From: Polyangiaceae bacterium
Lineage (GTDB): Bacteria; Myxococcota_A; Polyangia; Polyangiales; Polyangiaceae
Length of the DNA: 35,267 bases
Assembly: GCA_044222475.1 (NCBI GenBank)
Contig: JBGANF010000086.1
Location: 1 to 35,267, forward strand
Direction: 5' to 3'
Position 1 is the first letter of the stretch. Every line of letters begins with the position of its first letter. Both the position numbers and the translations under genes were made by a program. The notes beneath the pieces are model-generated. The model did no database searches and had not been told where the DNA came from. It saw only the letters and a program-made list of their open reading frames with translations. Positions 25,029-34,041 of the stretch are shown in pieces.

Positions 25029-25874
25029 CTACCGCACGTAGATCTCGGAGTACTCCCACCACGTCGGGCTCGTCGTGCCCGGACCCGGAGTGGCGCAATC
25101 GGCGCCGGTCGACACGCCCGCTTTCGCGTTGACGTCCTTCTTCCGCAACGAAACGGTCGCCGACCGCAGGTCGTTGGTGTTCTGCCCCCAGAAGTTGTCG
25201 GGCGAGGCGTCGCACCGCAGCGGTTTGCCGTCGAAGAAGTCGCCCTTGGCGCCCCCCATCTTCACCGGACTGGTCACCGTGTCGATCGTGCCGTCGAACA
25301 CGTTCAGGTTCGAGTCGAGCCCGGTCGGCTCCAGCGCACCCCAGATGTGCCAGCACGACGCGTCGCCCGCGAACGTCTGCTTGAACCGAATCTGCGACCA
25401 CTTCGTGCGATCGTCGAAGAACACCCGATGGCGCGTCTTCGGCACGTTGCTGCAGCCTTGCTCGTTCAGGTAGACGCGCAGCACGAGGCCGCCGTTGGGC
25501 CCCACCGATCGAACGGCGGTCGCCAACGCTCCGGTCTCTCCGTCGATCATGGGCTCGGTGACGAGCATCCAACCGCCCCCATCTCTCGTCATGTCGCACC
25601 ACGCCTGAAAGGGCGCGATCGGCCCGCTGCCGTCGGGATCGATCGTCTGGACGCCGTCGGGTGTGGCCGGGGAGGTGAGCTTGAGCGCCTTGCACGAGCT
25701 AGCCGGCGCTGCCGCGTCTCCGGAGTCCTGCGGCCCTCCGCCGTCGCCGGCGTCCGGAGCGGCGGTGCCGGGACCCTGCGACAGCAGCTCGGTTTGCGGC
25801 AAGAGGCAACCCCCGAACGCGATCGTCGCCGCGGCGCAGGCGACAGGCACGAGGCGCGAGGGCGGAAATGCCAC
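25029..25874 (-). CDS. Lipoprotein with fibrinogen-related (FReD N-terminal, YCDxxxxGGGW) domain
   Basis: 'SSCKAL...PDGVQTIDPDGSGP...AWCDMTRDGGGWMLV'; lipobox FGGC; GTG 25874 preceded by TGC-TACGTT-N7. Confidence 0.8.
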   Translation of the reverse strand: MAFPPSRLVPVACAAATIAFGGCLLPQTELLSQGPGTAAPDAGDGGGPQDSGDAAAPASSCKALKLTSPATPDGVQTIDPDGSGPIAPFQAWCDMTRDGGGWMLVTEPMIDGETGALATAVRSVGPNGGLVLRVYLNEQGCSNVPKTRHRVFFDDRTKWSQIRFKQTFAGDASCWHIWGALEPTGLDSNLNVFDGTIDTVTSPVKMGGAKGDFFDGKPLRCDASPDNFWGQNTNDLRSATVSLRKKDVNAKAGVSTGADCATPGPGTTSPTWWEYSEIYVR

Positions 25875-25987
25875 GTCTCCAAACGTAGCAAAGCGTCGGG
25901 AACAACCGGCCGGAAACGGCTGTACTACGCGAGCCCCCGGCGGCCGATCCGCCCAGACCCGAGCCCCCATCCTCCGATCCGGGCGCC

Positions 25988-26016
25988 TTGCCTTTCGGCA
26001 CCGTTCCGACTATCCC
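25988..26016 (+). promoter_or_regulatory. Putative sigma70-type promoter for yajC-secD-secF
   Basis: TTGCCT-N17-TATCCC, about 110 nt upstream of the yajC start. Confidence 0.45.
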
Positions 26017-26124
26017 TCCCGAACTTTTCCCCACGCGTCGCCTGCGCAGGGTTTCAGCCCGCCGGACCGCCTTTTCCTGGCACCGGCACCCTCCGTAAAC
26101 CGCGCAAACGACGAGGAGTCACCC

Positions 26125-26556
26125 GTGAACGCTGCCATCATCCTGCTCGAGCCCGCCGGTCCCAAGGGCGGCACCGCCACCGCCGCAGACGGCACGCCCC
26201 CCGCCGCGGGCGGTGGAGGAGCTGCCGCGGCCGCGCCCCCGGGCGGCGGGCTGATGATGTTCCTCCCGTTCCTCGTCCTCATCCCGTTCTTCTTCTTCAT
26301 GAACCGGAAGAACAAGCGGGACCAAGAGGCGATCCGCACCAGCATGAAGAAGGGTGACCGGGTCACCTCCGCCTCCGGCCTCGTCGGCGATCTCATCGAG
26401 ATCGACGAGCGCTTCGCCAAAGTGAAAATCGCCCCCGGCGTGAACGTGACCATGACCGCCTCGTCGATCTCCCCGCTCGAGCCCGCGCCCGAGTCGAAGG
26501 AAGCGAAAGACGCGAAGGACCTCAAGGACGCGAAGCCCGCCACTGACAAGAAGTGA
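26125..26556 (+). CDS. yajC: Preprotein translocase subunit YajC
   Basis: GTG with GAGGAG RBS; single TM then 'MKKGDRVTSASGLVG'; directly upstream of secD. Confidence 0.9.
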   Translation: MNAAIILLEPAGPKGGTATAADGTPPAAGGGGAAAAAPPGGGLMMFLPFLVLIPFFFFMNRKNKRDQEAIRTSMKKGDRVTSASGLVGDLIEIDERFAKVKIAPGVNVTMTASSISPLEPAPESKEAKDAKDLKDAKPATDKK

Positions 26557-26569
26557 TGGACAAGAACTG

Positions 26570-28615
26570 ATGCAATCGTCGAAGCGCAACGCGCTCATCG
26601 TCATCCTCGGTGCCCTCGGCGGCGGTTACGCGTTTTTCCGCGCCGACAACTTCTGGGGCATCGTCTGCTGCGGCCTGATCGCGATCTGGAGCCTGGCGAC
26701 CCTCATCCCGGCGATGGACCCGGCGTGGCGTCTCAAGGTCGGCTTCGTCGCGGTGTCGTTCGTCGCTTCGTTCATCGCGCTCTGGCCGAACCTCGAGTCG
26801 CTGACGAACGGCAAGATCAAGTGCCCGACCTACGTGAAGGATCGAATCACCTTCGGGATCGCTCCCGGGCTCGACCTCCGCGGGGGTCTCCGCCTCGTCT
26901 ACACGGTCGAGGTCGAAGAGGCGATCCGCGACAAGCGCGACCGCTACGCCGACGAGATGCGGCAGGAGCTCGCGACGATCTACGGATTCCACTCGGGCGA
27001 TGGCCTCGTCACCCGCGAAGAGCTCTCGAAGCTCGAAGAGAAGGTGAAGGTCTCCGTCCCCGATCACTCGACGATTCAGCTCACGTTCAAGGACCCGGGG
27101 GACGTCACCAAGCTCGACGAGCGCTACCAGAAGCGCTTCGCGACCGAGCTCGTCCAGCAGCGCGGCGCCCAAGCGGGCACGGTGCTCTTCAAGATCCGCA
27201 CCGAGGTCGAGAGCTCGATCCGCGAGAAGGCGGTCAGCCAGGCGAAGGACACCGTCAACAAGCGCGTCGACGAGCTCGGCCTCCGCGAGGCGAGCGTGAC
27301 GACGCGTGACGAGGACATCATCGTCGAGGTCCCGGGCGAGAACAAAAAGGCCTTCGAGGAGATCAAGGACATCATCCGGAAGACCGCTCGCCTCGAGTTC
27401 AAGATGGTCGACGAGGGCGGCGCCGCTGCGCTGTTCGGCAAGTACAAGGACTCGAACGAGTGCCGTCAGGGCGACCCCGACTGCCTCCCCTCCGGCGAAG
27501 GCATCAGCGTCTTCGACGAGCAAGCTCCGGATGGCGTCGGCAAGACGATCAACACCCACTTCCTCGTCGTCACCAAGCGCGAGAACGAGACGCAGGCGCA
27601 GTGCCTCGAGCGCTTCAAGAAGTGGATCGCGACTCAGCCCATCCCGGACGACCACGAGGTCGGCTTCGAGCCGCGCGAGAGCTACGACCCCGATACCGGA
27701 AAGACCACCGAAGAGGGCTGGCGCACCTTCTATCTCTATCACCGCGCCGAAGTGACCGGCGACCTCATCACCGACGCGAACGTCGCGCAGGACCAAGAGA
27801 AGATGGGGCAGTACTACGTCGGCCTCACCTTCAACAACGCCGGCGCCGAGCGCTTCGAGGCCGTCACTGGCGCGAACGTGCAGCGTCGCTTCGCGATCAT
27901 CCTCGACGACCAGATCAACTCCGCGCCGGTCATCCGCTCCAAGATTGGCGGAGGCCGAGCGAGCATCACGCTCGGCGAAGGCGACCCCGAGGTTCAGCTC
28001 CAGAAGGCGCGCAAGCTCGAGCTCGTGCTCCGGTCGGGCGCGCTCCCGGCGCCGATCTCGCCGTCGAACGAGTCGCTCATCGGCCCGTCGCTCGGCAAGG
28101 ACGCCATCGGGCAGGGCGTGAAGGGCATGCTCGTCGGCGTCATCGCCGTCCTCGCCTTCATGGTCTTCTACTACCGGAAGAGCGGGCTCGTCGCCGACAT
28201 CGCGGTGCTCTTCAACCTGATGCTCCAGATGGCCATCCTCGCGTCGTTCAGCGCGACGATGACGCTCCCCGGCATCGCCGGTCTCGCGCTCACGATAGGC
28301 ATGGCGGTCGACGCCAACGTGCTCATCAACGAGCGCATCCGCGAAGAGCTCCGCGCCGGCCGCAGCGTGCGCGCCGCGGTCGAAGCCGGCTACGACAAGG
28401 CGTTCCCGTCGATCATCGACGGCCACATCACCGTCCTCATCTCGGGCCTCATCTTGGCTCAATACGGGACCGGCCCGGTCAAGGGCTTCGCGATCGCCCT
28501 CATCGTCGGCATCGCCGCGAGCCTCTACACCGGCGTCTTCTGCACTCGCCTCGTCTTCGACTGGTGGGTCCGCGGCGCGAAGGTCAAACGCCTCAGCGTC
28601 GGAGCGGAGTTCTGA
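26570..28615 (+). CDS. secD: Protein translocase subunit SecD
   Basis: 'GLDLRGG', 'RVDELGLRE', 'AIILDD', 'LRSGALPAP', 'TLPGIAGLALTIGMAVDANVLINERIREE', 'GPVKGFA'. Confidence 0.97.
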   Translation: MQSSKRNALIVILGALGGGYAFFRADNFWGIVCCGLIAIWSLATLIPAMDPAWRLKVGFVAVSFVASFIALWPNLESLTNGKIKCPTYVKDRITFGIAPGLDLRGGLRLVYTVEVEEAIRDKRDRYADEMRQELATIYGFHSGDGLVTREELSKLEEKVKVSVPDHSTIQLTFKDPGDVTKLDERYQKRFATELVQQRGAQAGTVLFKIRTEVESSIREKAVSQAKDTVNKRVDELGLREASVTTRDEDIIVEVPGENKKAFEEIKDIIRKTARLEFKMVDEGGAAALFGKYKDSNECRQGDPDCLPSGEGISVFDEQAPDGVGKTINTHFLVVTKRENETQAQCLERFKKWIATQPIPDDHEVGFEPRESYDPDTGKTTEEGWRTFYLYHRAEVTGDLITDANVAQDQEKMGQYYVGLTFNNAGAERFEAVTGANVQRRFAIILDDQINSAPVIRSKIGGGRASITLGEGDPEVQLQKARKLELVLRSGALPAPISPSNESLIGPSLGKDAIGQGVKGMLVGVIAVLAFMVFYYRKSGLVADIAVLFNLMLQMAILASFSATMTLPGIAGLALTIGMAVDANVLINERIREELRAGRSVRAAVEAGYDKAFPSIIDGHITVLISGLILAQYGTGPVKGFAIALIVGIAASLYTGVFCTRLVFDWWVRGAKVKRLSVGAEF

Positions 28616-28616
28616 C

Positions 28617-29870
28617 ATGGAGTTCTTCAAGTCTCACCGCACCTACGACTTCATGGGTCGGCGCGGGCTGTTCTTCGCCCTCAGCACCATCCTCATCGTC
28701 GGGTCGATCATCCTCATGTTCTTCCCGGGGCCGAACTACGGCACCGACTTCCGCGGCGGCACCGAGGTCGAGGTCGCGTTCGAGAAGCCGGTCGACGCCG
28801 CGCAGGTCCGCACCGCGCTCGAGAGCTCGGGCTTCACGACCCCCGACGTCGTCCAGATCGTCGACGACAAGAACCCGAACCACTTCCTCATTCGGGTCCA
28901 GGACATCAGCGCCATCAGTGACGACCAGAAGGGCGCCATCGAGAACGCGCTCTGCCACTTCAAGGAAGGCGCCCCGGTCGACGAGGCGCGCTGCCCGAAG
29001 AACGTCCGCGCGACCGAGGTCAAGGTCAGCCCCGGCGGCGACAAGGTGACGACCCGCTACGAGGACGAGCCCGACATCGAGGCGATCGCCAAGCAGATCA
29101 CCAGCGTCAAAGGCGTGACCATGCGCCCGCCCACGGCGACGTCCCCCAACCCGATGCTGATCAGCCCGCGCGACCACCGGGTCGAAATCCAGCTCCAGTC
29201 CAAGGGCGACCAGCTCATGGACGGCCTCCGCGCCGAGCTCGGCAAGACGATCGGTCCCGACGCCGTCCCCGAGAAGCCGCTCCGCGTGGAGTGGGTCGGC
29301 CCCAAGGCCGGCAAGCAGCTCCGCGACAGCGCGCGGAACGCCGTCCTCATCTCGGTCGTGTTCATCATGCTCTACCTCGCGTTCCGCTTCGACCTGCGGT
29401 TCGCGCCCGGTGTCGTCGTCGCCTGTCTCCACGACGCGACCATCGTGCTCGGCGTCTTCATCGTGTTCCACCGCGAGGTCACCCTCAGCACCGTCGCGGC
29501 GATCCTCACGATCGTCGGGTATTCCATGAACGACACCGTCGTCGTCTACGACCGCATCCGCGAGAACCTCTCCAAGTACCGCGGCAAGTCGTTTGCCCAG
29601 ATCATCAACATGAGCGTCTCCGAGACGCTCTCGCGAACGCTGCTCACCTCCGGCGCGACGATGCTGTCGATGCTCGCCTTCCTCTACTTCGGGACGGGCG
29701 TCATCAAGGACTTCGCCCTCGCCATGGTCGTCGGCATCGTGGTCGGCACCTACTCGAGCATCTACATCGCGGCCCCTCTGACGGAGTGGATCGACCACCA
29801 GCTCGCGCGGCGCTCCGGCCAGCGTTCGATGGCCAGCCCGGTGAAGGGCGCGAAGGCCGCGAAAGCCTGA
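28617..29870 (+). CDS. secF: Protein translocase subunit SecF
   Basis: 'GTDFRGG', 'VGPKAG', 'LHD', 'GYSMNDTVVVYDRIREN', 'TLSRT', 'GTYSSIYIA'. Confidence 0.97.
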   Translation: MEFFKSHRTYDFMGRRGLFFALSTILIVGSIILMFFPGPNYGTDFRGGTEVEVAFEKPVDAAQVRTALESSGFTTPDVVQIVDDKNPNHFLIRVQDISAISDDQKGAIENALCHFKEGAPVDEARCPKNVRATEVKVSPGGDKVTTRYEDEPDIEAIAKQITSVKGVTMRPPTATSPNPMLISPRDHRVEIQLQSKGDQLMDGLRAELGKTIGPDAVPEKPLRVEWVGPKAGKQLRDSARNAVLISVVFIMLYLAFRFDLRFAPGVVVACLHDATIVLGVFIVFHREVTLSTVAAILTIVGYSMNDTVVVYDRIRENLSKYRGKSFAQIINMSVSETLSRTLLTSGATMLSMLAFLYFGTGVIKDFALAMVVGIVVGTYSSIYIAAPLTEWIDHQLARRSGQRSMASPVKGAKAAKA

Positions 29871-30006
29871 CGCTTTCTCGAGACGCAGGAAATGCACGGG
29901 AAAAACCGCTGTCCGCGACTGGACACGCGGGGGGGATCGGATGTAGGTAAGGGGAGTCGCTGATACGTGACTGGGCACGCGACCAACCAAAGGGGGAAGG
30001 TCCACC

Positions 30007-30333
30007 ATGCGTCTAACCACTGCAATCCTCATTGCTGCGATCACCGCCACGGCCGTTCCGGTTGCCGTGCAAGCGCACGCTAGCTCCGTCGAGGCAACGC
30101 AGCGCGCGGTGAGCGGAATCGTGACCCAGGTCGACCCGTCACTCCTCACGGTCCAGCCCATCCAGAGCGGCCACAAGGAGTGCATCACCGGTCGCCTCGA
30201 TCCGGCGCGCACGCACGTCTTCATCGACGGTCGGCCTGCGCGCCCGTCCGACATCAAGATCACCGCGGCCGTCAAGGCCGAGCTCGCCCTCGACGACGTC
30301 TGGACCGTGGTCCGGGTCGACTCCACTCGCTGA
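30007..30333 (+). CDS. Small secreted hypothetical protein (possible OB-fold, DUF5666-like)
   Basis: Signal peptide ending in AHA; 'VSGIVTQVD', 'THVFIDG'; GGGGAAGG upstream. Confidence 0.7.
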   Translation: MRLTTAILIAAITATAVPVAVQAHASSVEATQRAVSGIVTQVDPSLLTVQPIQSGHKECITGRLDPARTHVFIDGRPARPSDIKITAAVKAELALDDVWTVVRVDSTR

Positions 30334-30366
30334 GCCGCTGACCCGCTACCTGCTACGCTCTCCGTC

Positions 30367-31158
30367 GTGGTCGATCCCGGCGGAGTCCTGATTCGTTTCT
30401 CGCACGTCAAGAAGGCGTTCGGGCCGAAGGTCATCTACTCGGACCTTTCGTTCGACGTGCGACGGGGCGAGGTCATCACCATCATGGGGCCGTCCGGCGT
30501 CGGCAAGAGCGTGCTCTTGAAGATGCTCATCGGCTTGCTCTCGACCGACGCCGGCTCGATCGAGTTCGACGGCCAAGAGGTCACGAAGATGAACGACCAC
30601 GAGCTCACGATCGTGCGTCGCCGCATCGCGTACCTGTTCCAGGGCTCGGCCTTGTTCGACTCGCTCAGCGTGGGCGAGAACGTCGCCTACGGGCTCAACG
30701 AGCAGTTCTGGAACACGATGTCGAAGAAGGACATCGCTGCGCGCGTCGAGCAGTCGCTCGAGGCGGTCGGCCTACCCGGCGTCGAAGGCATGCGCCCGTC
30801 GGACCTGTCCGGCGGAATGCGCAAGCGCGTGGCCCTCGCGCGCACCCTCGCCCTCCAGCCCGAGGTCATCCTCTACGACGAGCCGACGACCGGCCTCGAT
30901 CCGATCAACACCGGGCGGATCAACAACCTCATCAACCAGATCAAGAAGGCGCTCGGTCTGACGAGCATCGTCGTCACCCACGACATGGGGACCGCGTTCG
31001 CGGTGTCGGACCGGATGGTCATGCTCCGTGCGGGCAAGGTCCAGAAGATCGGGGACAAGGAGGACTTTCGTCACGCCAGCGACGCTTTCATCCGCGACTT
31101 CATCGAAGGGAGGGCGCCCGAAGGGGAAGACCTCCTCACACTTCTGGGGCATGCTTGA
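30367..31158 (+). CDS. mlaF: ABC transporter ATP-binding protein, MlaF/Mkl family
   Basis: GPSGVGKS, 'LFQGSALFDSL', 'LSGGMRKRVALAR', 'YDEPTTGLDP', 'VTHD'; adjacent to an MCE gene. Confidence 0.85.
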   Translation: MVDPGGVLIRFSHVKKAFGPKVIYSDLSFDVRRGEVITIMGPSGVGKSVLLKMLIGLLSTDAGSIEFDGQEVTKMNDHELTIVRRRIAYLFQGSALFDSLSVGENVAYGLNEQFWNTMSKKDIAARVEQSLEAVGLPGVEGMRPSDLSGGMRKRVALARTLALQPEVILYDEPTTGLDPINTGRINNLINQIKKALGLTSIVVTHDMGTAFAVSDRMVMLRAGKVQKIGDKEDFRHASDAFIRDFIEGRAPEGEDLLTLLGHA

Positions 31159-31164
31159 GGTCCA

Positions 31165-32313
31165 ATGACGCGTGAACGGCGAGTCGGAATCTTCGTGGCG
31201 GTGGGGCTCATCATCACGACGATCGCGGTCTTCCTCATTGGGCAGAACCGGAAGTTCTGGCAGCGCAAGGTGCGGTACCAAGCGGTGTACTCCCAGGTCG
31301 CGGGCCTGAAGCCCGGCTCGCCGGTGAGCATGGGCGGCGTCGACGTCGGCGTCGTCGGCGAGGTGCGGTACGGCGACGACAAGGACGACGCCAAGATCTA
31401 CGTCGGCCTCGACATCGTTCGCGATCAAGCGCCGCGCATCCGGAAGGACGTCTACGAGGAAGACGGGAAGACCCTCAAGTACCCGGGCACCGTCGCGCGC
31501 GTCGTGAACAAGGGCCTCCTCGGCGACAAGATGATCGAGCTCAGCACGGCCGACAGCCGCGCCCCCCTTCTCGACCCGCCCGGTCCGCTCCGCACGAGCG
31601 AGCCGTTGGACCTCAACGCCTACATCGCCAAGTTCGACGCCATCTCGCAGAAGGCGGACACGATCCTCGCGAACCTCGAGCAGGGCACGAACGCCCTGAA
31701 GGATCCAGCCTTCACCGACGACCTGAAGGGCACGGTCAAGAACATGCGCGACATCTCGGACGGCATCGCCCACGGCGATGGGCCGGCGCATCGCCTCCTC
31801 TTCGACAAGAACGAAGCCGACCGAGTCGATCGCATCCTCAACAACCTCGATCACTCGACGGCGCGGCTCGACGGCATCCTCGCCGACACGCAGGACGCGA
31901 CCCATCAGGTCAAGACCGGGCCCGGCATCGCGCACGCTCTCCTCTACGACGGGGAGCTCTCGGGCAACGTCGCTGGCTCGCTCGACGAGATCCACAAGGA
32001 CCTGGCCCAGATCCGCACGGGCAACGGGCTCGCCCACACGCTCCTCTACGGCGACACCGACTCGCAGCACCTCATGAAGAACGTCGACGCCATGAGCGAC
32101 GACCTTCGCGCGATCGTCGCGAACCTGCGCGCCGGAAAGGGGACGCTCGGCGCGCTCCTCGTCGACCCGAGCATCTACGAGGACATCAAGAGCCTCGTCG
32201 GCAACGTGGAGCGGAACCAGGTGCTCCGAGCGCTGGTGCGTTACTCGATCAAGCAGGACGAGCTGAAGGCCCCGCCGCCGCCCGCGCCCACCGTCACGGA
32301 CCCGAAGCCTTAG
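31165..32313 (+). CDS. MCE/MlaD-family protein with long helical extension
   Basis: N-terminal TM 'RVGIFV', MCE 'GLKPGSPVSMGGVDVGVV', 'GLLGDKMIEL'; repeated GxGxxHxLLxD helical units. Confidence 0.9.
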   Translation: MTRERRVGIFVAVGLIITTIAVFLIGQNRKFWQRKVRYQAVYSQVAGLKPGSPVSMGGVDVGVVGEVRYGDDKDDAKIYVGLDIVRDQAPRIRKDVYEEDGKTLKYPGTVARVVNKGLLGDKMIELSTADSRAPLLDPPGPLRTSEPLDLNAYIAKFDAISQKADTILANLEQGTNALKDPAFTDDLKGTVKNMRDISDGIAHGDGPAHRLLFDKNEADRVDRILNNLDHSTARLDGILADTQDATHQVKTGPGIAHALLYDGELSGNVAGSLDEIHKDLAQIRTGNGLAHTLLYGDTDSQHLMKNVDAMSDDLRAIVANLRAGKGTLGALLVDPSIYEDIKSLVGNVERNQVLRALVRYSIKQDELKAPPPPAPTVTDPKP

Positions 32314-33271
32314 GCGCGAGCGCCTCGGCCAGCGCCTTCACGGTGAGGGGGGAGCATCCCTCGGCCTTGTTGTTCGCCAGGATGAAGAGCGCCTTCACGT
32401 CGAGCTCGTCGCACGCCTCGGCCAAACGGACGACGTCGTCGCGCATCTCCGGCTGGGCTCGCACGATGCGATTGAACGGCTCGAAGGCCTTCTTCATCTG
32501 CTCGTAGCGCGTCGCCGGCGGGAGCATGAGCCGGCACACGACGACGTCGGTGGTGATCGAGCCCTTCAGCGCGAGCTGGCGACCGACCGGCGGCATCGCG
32601 GTCCACATGTTGAAGCAGTGCGCCGCGCGGTGCGCGCGGAGGACGTCGAAGTAGCGCGGCGTCAGGAGCTCGCGGTTGCGGAGCTCGAAGGCGTAGCGAA
32701 ACGTCGCCGGCAAGCGCTCGAGGAGGTGGGCGATGGCGTCGGGCAGGACGCGCGCGTCGGCGAGCGCACCTTCGGGGATGGGCGGAAGCTCGAAGACGAA
32801 GGGGCCGGCGTAGGGACGGAACGAATGGGTGTAAGGTGCAAGCACCTCGCCCACGAAGCGCTCCGGCGAGAGGAAGCTCGGGTTCTTCTTGCCGGTGCGG
32901 TCGACGAAGGTGGTGAGCTCGCTCCACACCTTGGAGACGGCGAGAAAATCGGTGCCCGCGAGGTTCTCCGCGTAGCGCGCGAGGTCCTGCTCGCCGACCG
33001 GGCCGTAGTACGAGCGATCGATGCCGACGGTGCGGAAGAGCGGGTTCGACGCATAGGCGGCGAGGCCGCGGCGAACGAGGTCCTCTTGGGTCGGCGTCCC
33101 TTGGTAGAGGACGTTGGCCCAGCCGGGGAACGTCCAGGTGCTGGTGCCGAGGCGCACGAAGCTCGGCAGCGCGGCGGCGAGCTCTCGGTCGTGCGGTTCG
33201 ATGATCGCGCGGACCTCGGGTTCGTGCTCGAGCTCCGCGAACAAGCCGAGCTGCCGCTTCGTCGTAGCCAC
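32294..33271 (-). CDS. DUF72 family protein
   Basis: 'RLGTSTWTFPGW', 'TVGIDRSYY', 'FELRN', 'ANNKAEG'; converges on the MCE gene with a 20-nt overlap. Confidence 0.85.
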   Translation of the reverse strand: MATTKRQLGLFAELEHEPEVRAIIEPHDRELAAALPSFVRLGTSTWTFPGWANVLYQGTPTQEDLVRRGLAAYASNPLFRTVGIDRSYYGPVGEQDLARYAENLAGTDFLAVSKVWSELTTFVDRTGKKNPSFLSPERFVGEVLAPYTHSFRPYAGPFVFELPPIPEGALADARVLPDAIAHLLERLPATFRYAFELRNRELLTPRYFDVLRAHRAAHCFNMWTAMPPVGRQLALKGSITTDVVVCRLMLPPATRYEQMKKAFEPFNRIVRAQPEMRDDVVRLAEACDELDVKALFILANNKAEGCSPLTVKALAEALAPKASGP

Positions 33272-33991
33272 TCAGGTCGGGAGCGGCCGCGGCGCGTGAG
33301 CGTGGATGCGGCGCACGACGATCGACGCGACGGCCGGATCGTAGAGGAGCGTGTTGTGCCCGCGTCCGCTCAGGTTCACGCACTCGGCGCCGGGGAACGC
33401 ATGCGCCGCTTCGTTCGACACGAGGCGGTCGTCGGTGCCGGCGACGGAGAGGTGAGGGACGCCGTGCTCTTCGGCGCGTCCGCGGAGGCGCTCGAGCACG
33501 GGGCTGGTCGGGTGGAGATCGAGACCGACGAGGAAGGGGAAAGCCTTCGCGACGGGCGTGCCGCCGAACGGCGACGCGAGCGAGATCGTCTGGACGACGT
33601 GATCGTGCCCGCCGAGCTCCTGCACGTACCAGCGGGCGACGAGCCCGCCGAGGCTGTGACCGACGATGTGCACGCGTACGCCGCCCGTCTCCTTCGCCAT
33701 GCGTTGGACGAGCTTCCCGAGGGACTTGGCGATGCGCTCGACGCGGGCGCCGGGCGCGTGCGTGAACGTCGCGACGTGCGCGCCGGTGTGAGCTTCGATG
33801 CGATGACGGAGCGGACGCCAGACGCCGGCGCTCGCGAGGAAGCCGTGCACGAGGACGACGACGTCGTCGCCGCGGCGCGCCCGCGCGGGCAGCACCGGAG
33901 CGATGTCACGGGGAAGGAGCGCGACCTCACGCAGGGTGGCGACGGTCTCACTGTGCGTTCGCAAGGCGCGCGCGATCATCTTCGGCGACAT
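33272..33991 (-). CDS. Alpha/beta-hydrolase (lipase/esterase)
   Basis: Oxyanion 'VHGF', nucleophile GHSLG, 'SPFGG', Asp 'DRLV', His 'GHN'. Confidence 0.9.
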   Translation of the reverse strand: MSPKMIARALRTHSETVATLREVALLPRDIAPVLPARARRGDDVVVLVHGFLASAGVWRPLRHRIEAHTGAHVATFTHAPGARVERIAKSLGKLVQRMAKETGGVRVHIVGHSLGGLVARWYVQELGGHDHVVQTISLASPFGGTPVAKAFPFLVGLDLHPTSPVLERLRGRAEEHGVPHLSVAGTDDRLVSNEAAHAFPGAECVNLSGRGHNTLLYDPAVASIVVRRIHAHAPRPLPT

Positions 33992-34041
33992 TCATTGCAC
34001 AAGTCGTGCACAACGGTCGAGATCTTGGATATGGAGTCGGT

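Noticed and set aside
28590..28615. SecD C-terminus (SVGAEF) resembling the receptor C-terminus (GVRGEF)
   Set aside because: Short coincidental match, partly explained by the embedded GGAG RBS for the next gene in both cases.
29871..30006. Structured ncRNA or riboswitch after secF
   Set aside because: Only short stems (TGTCC/GGACA, GTCGC/GCGAC) and no recognisable riboswitch or T-box consensus.
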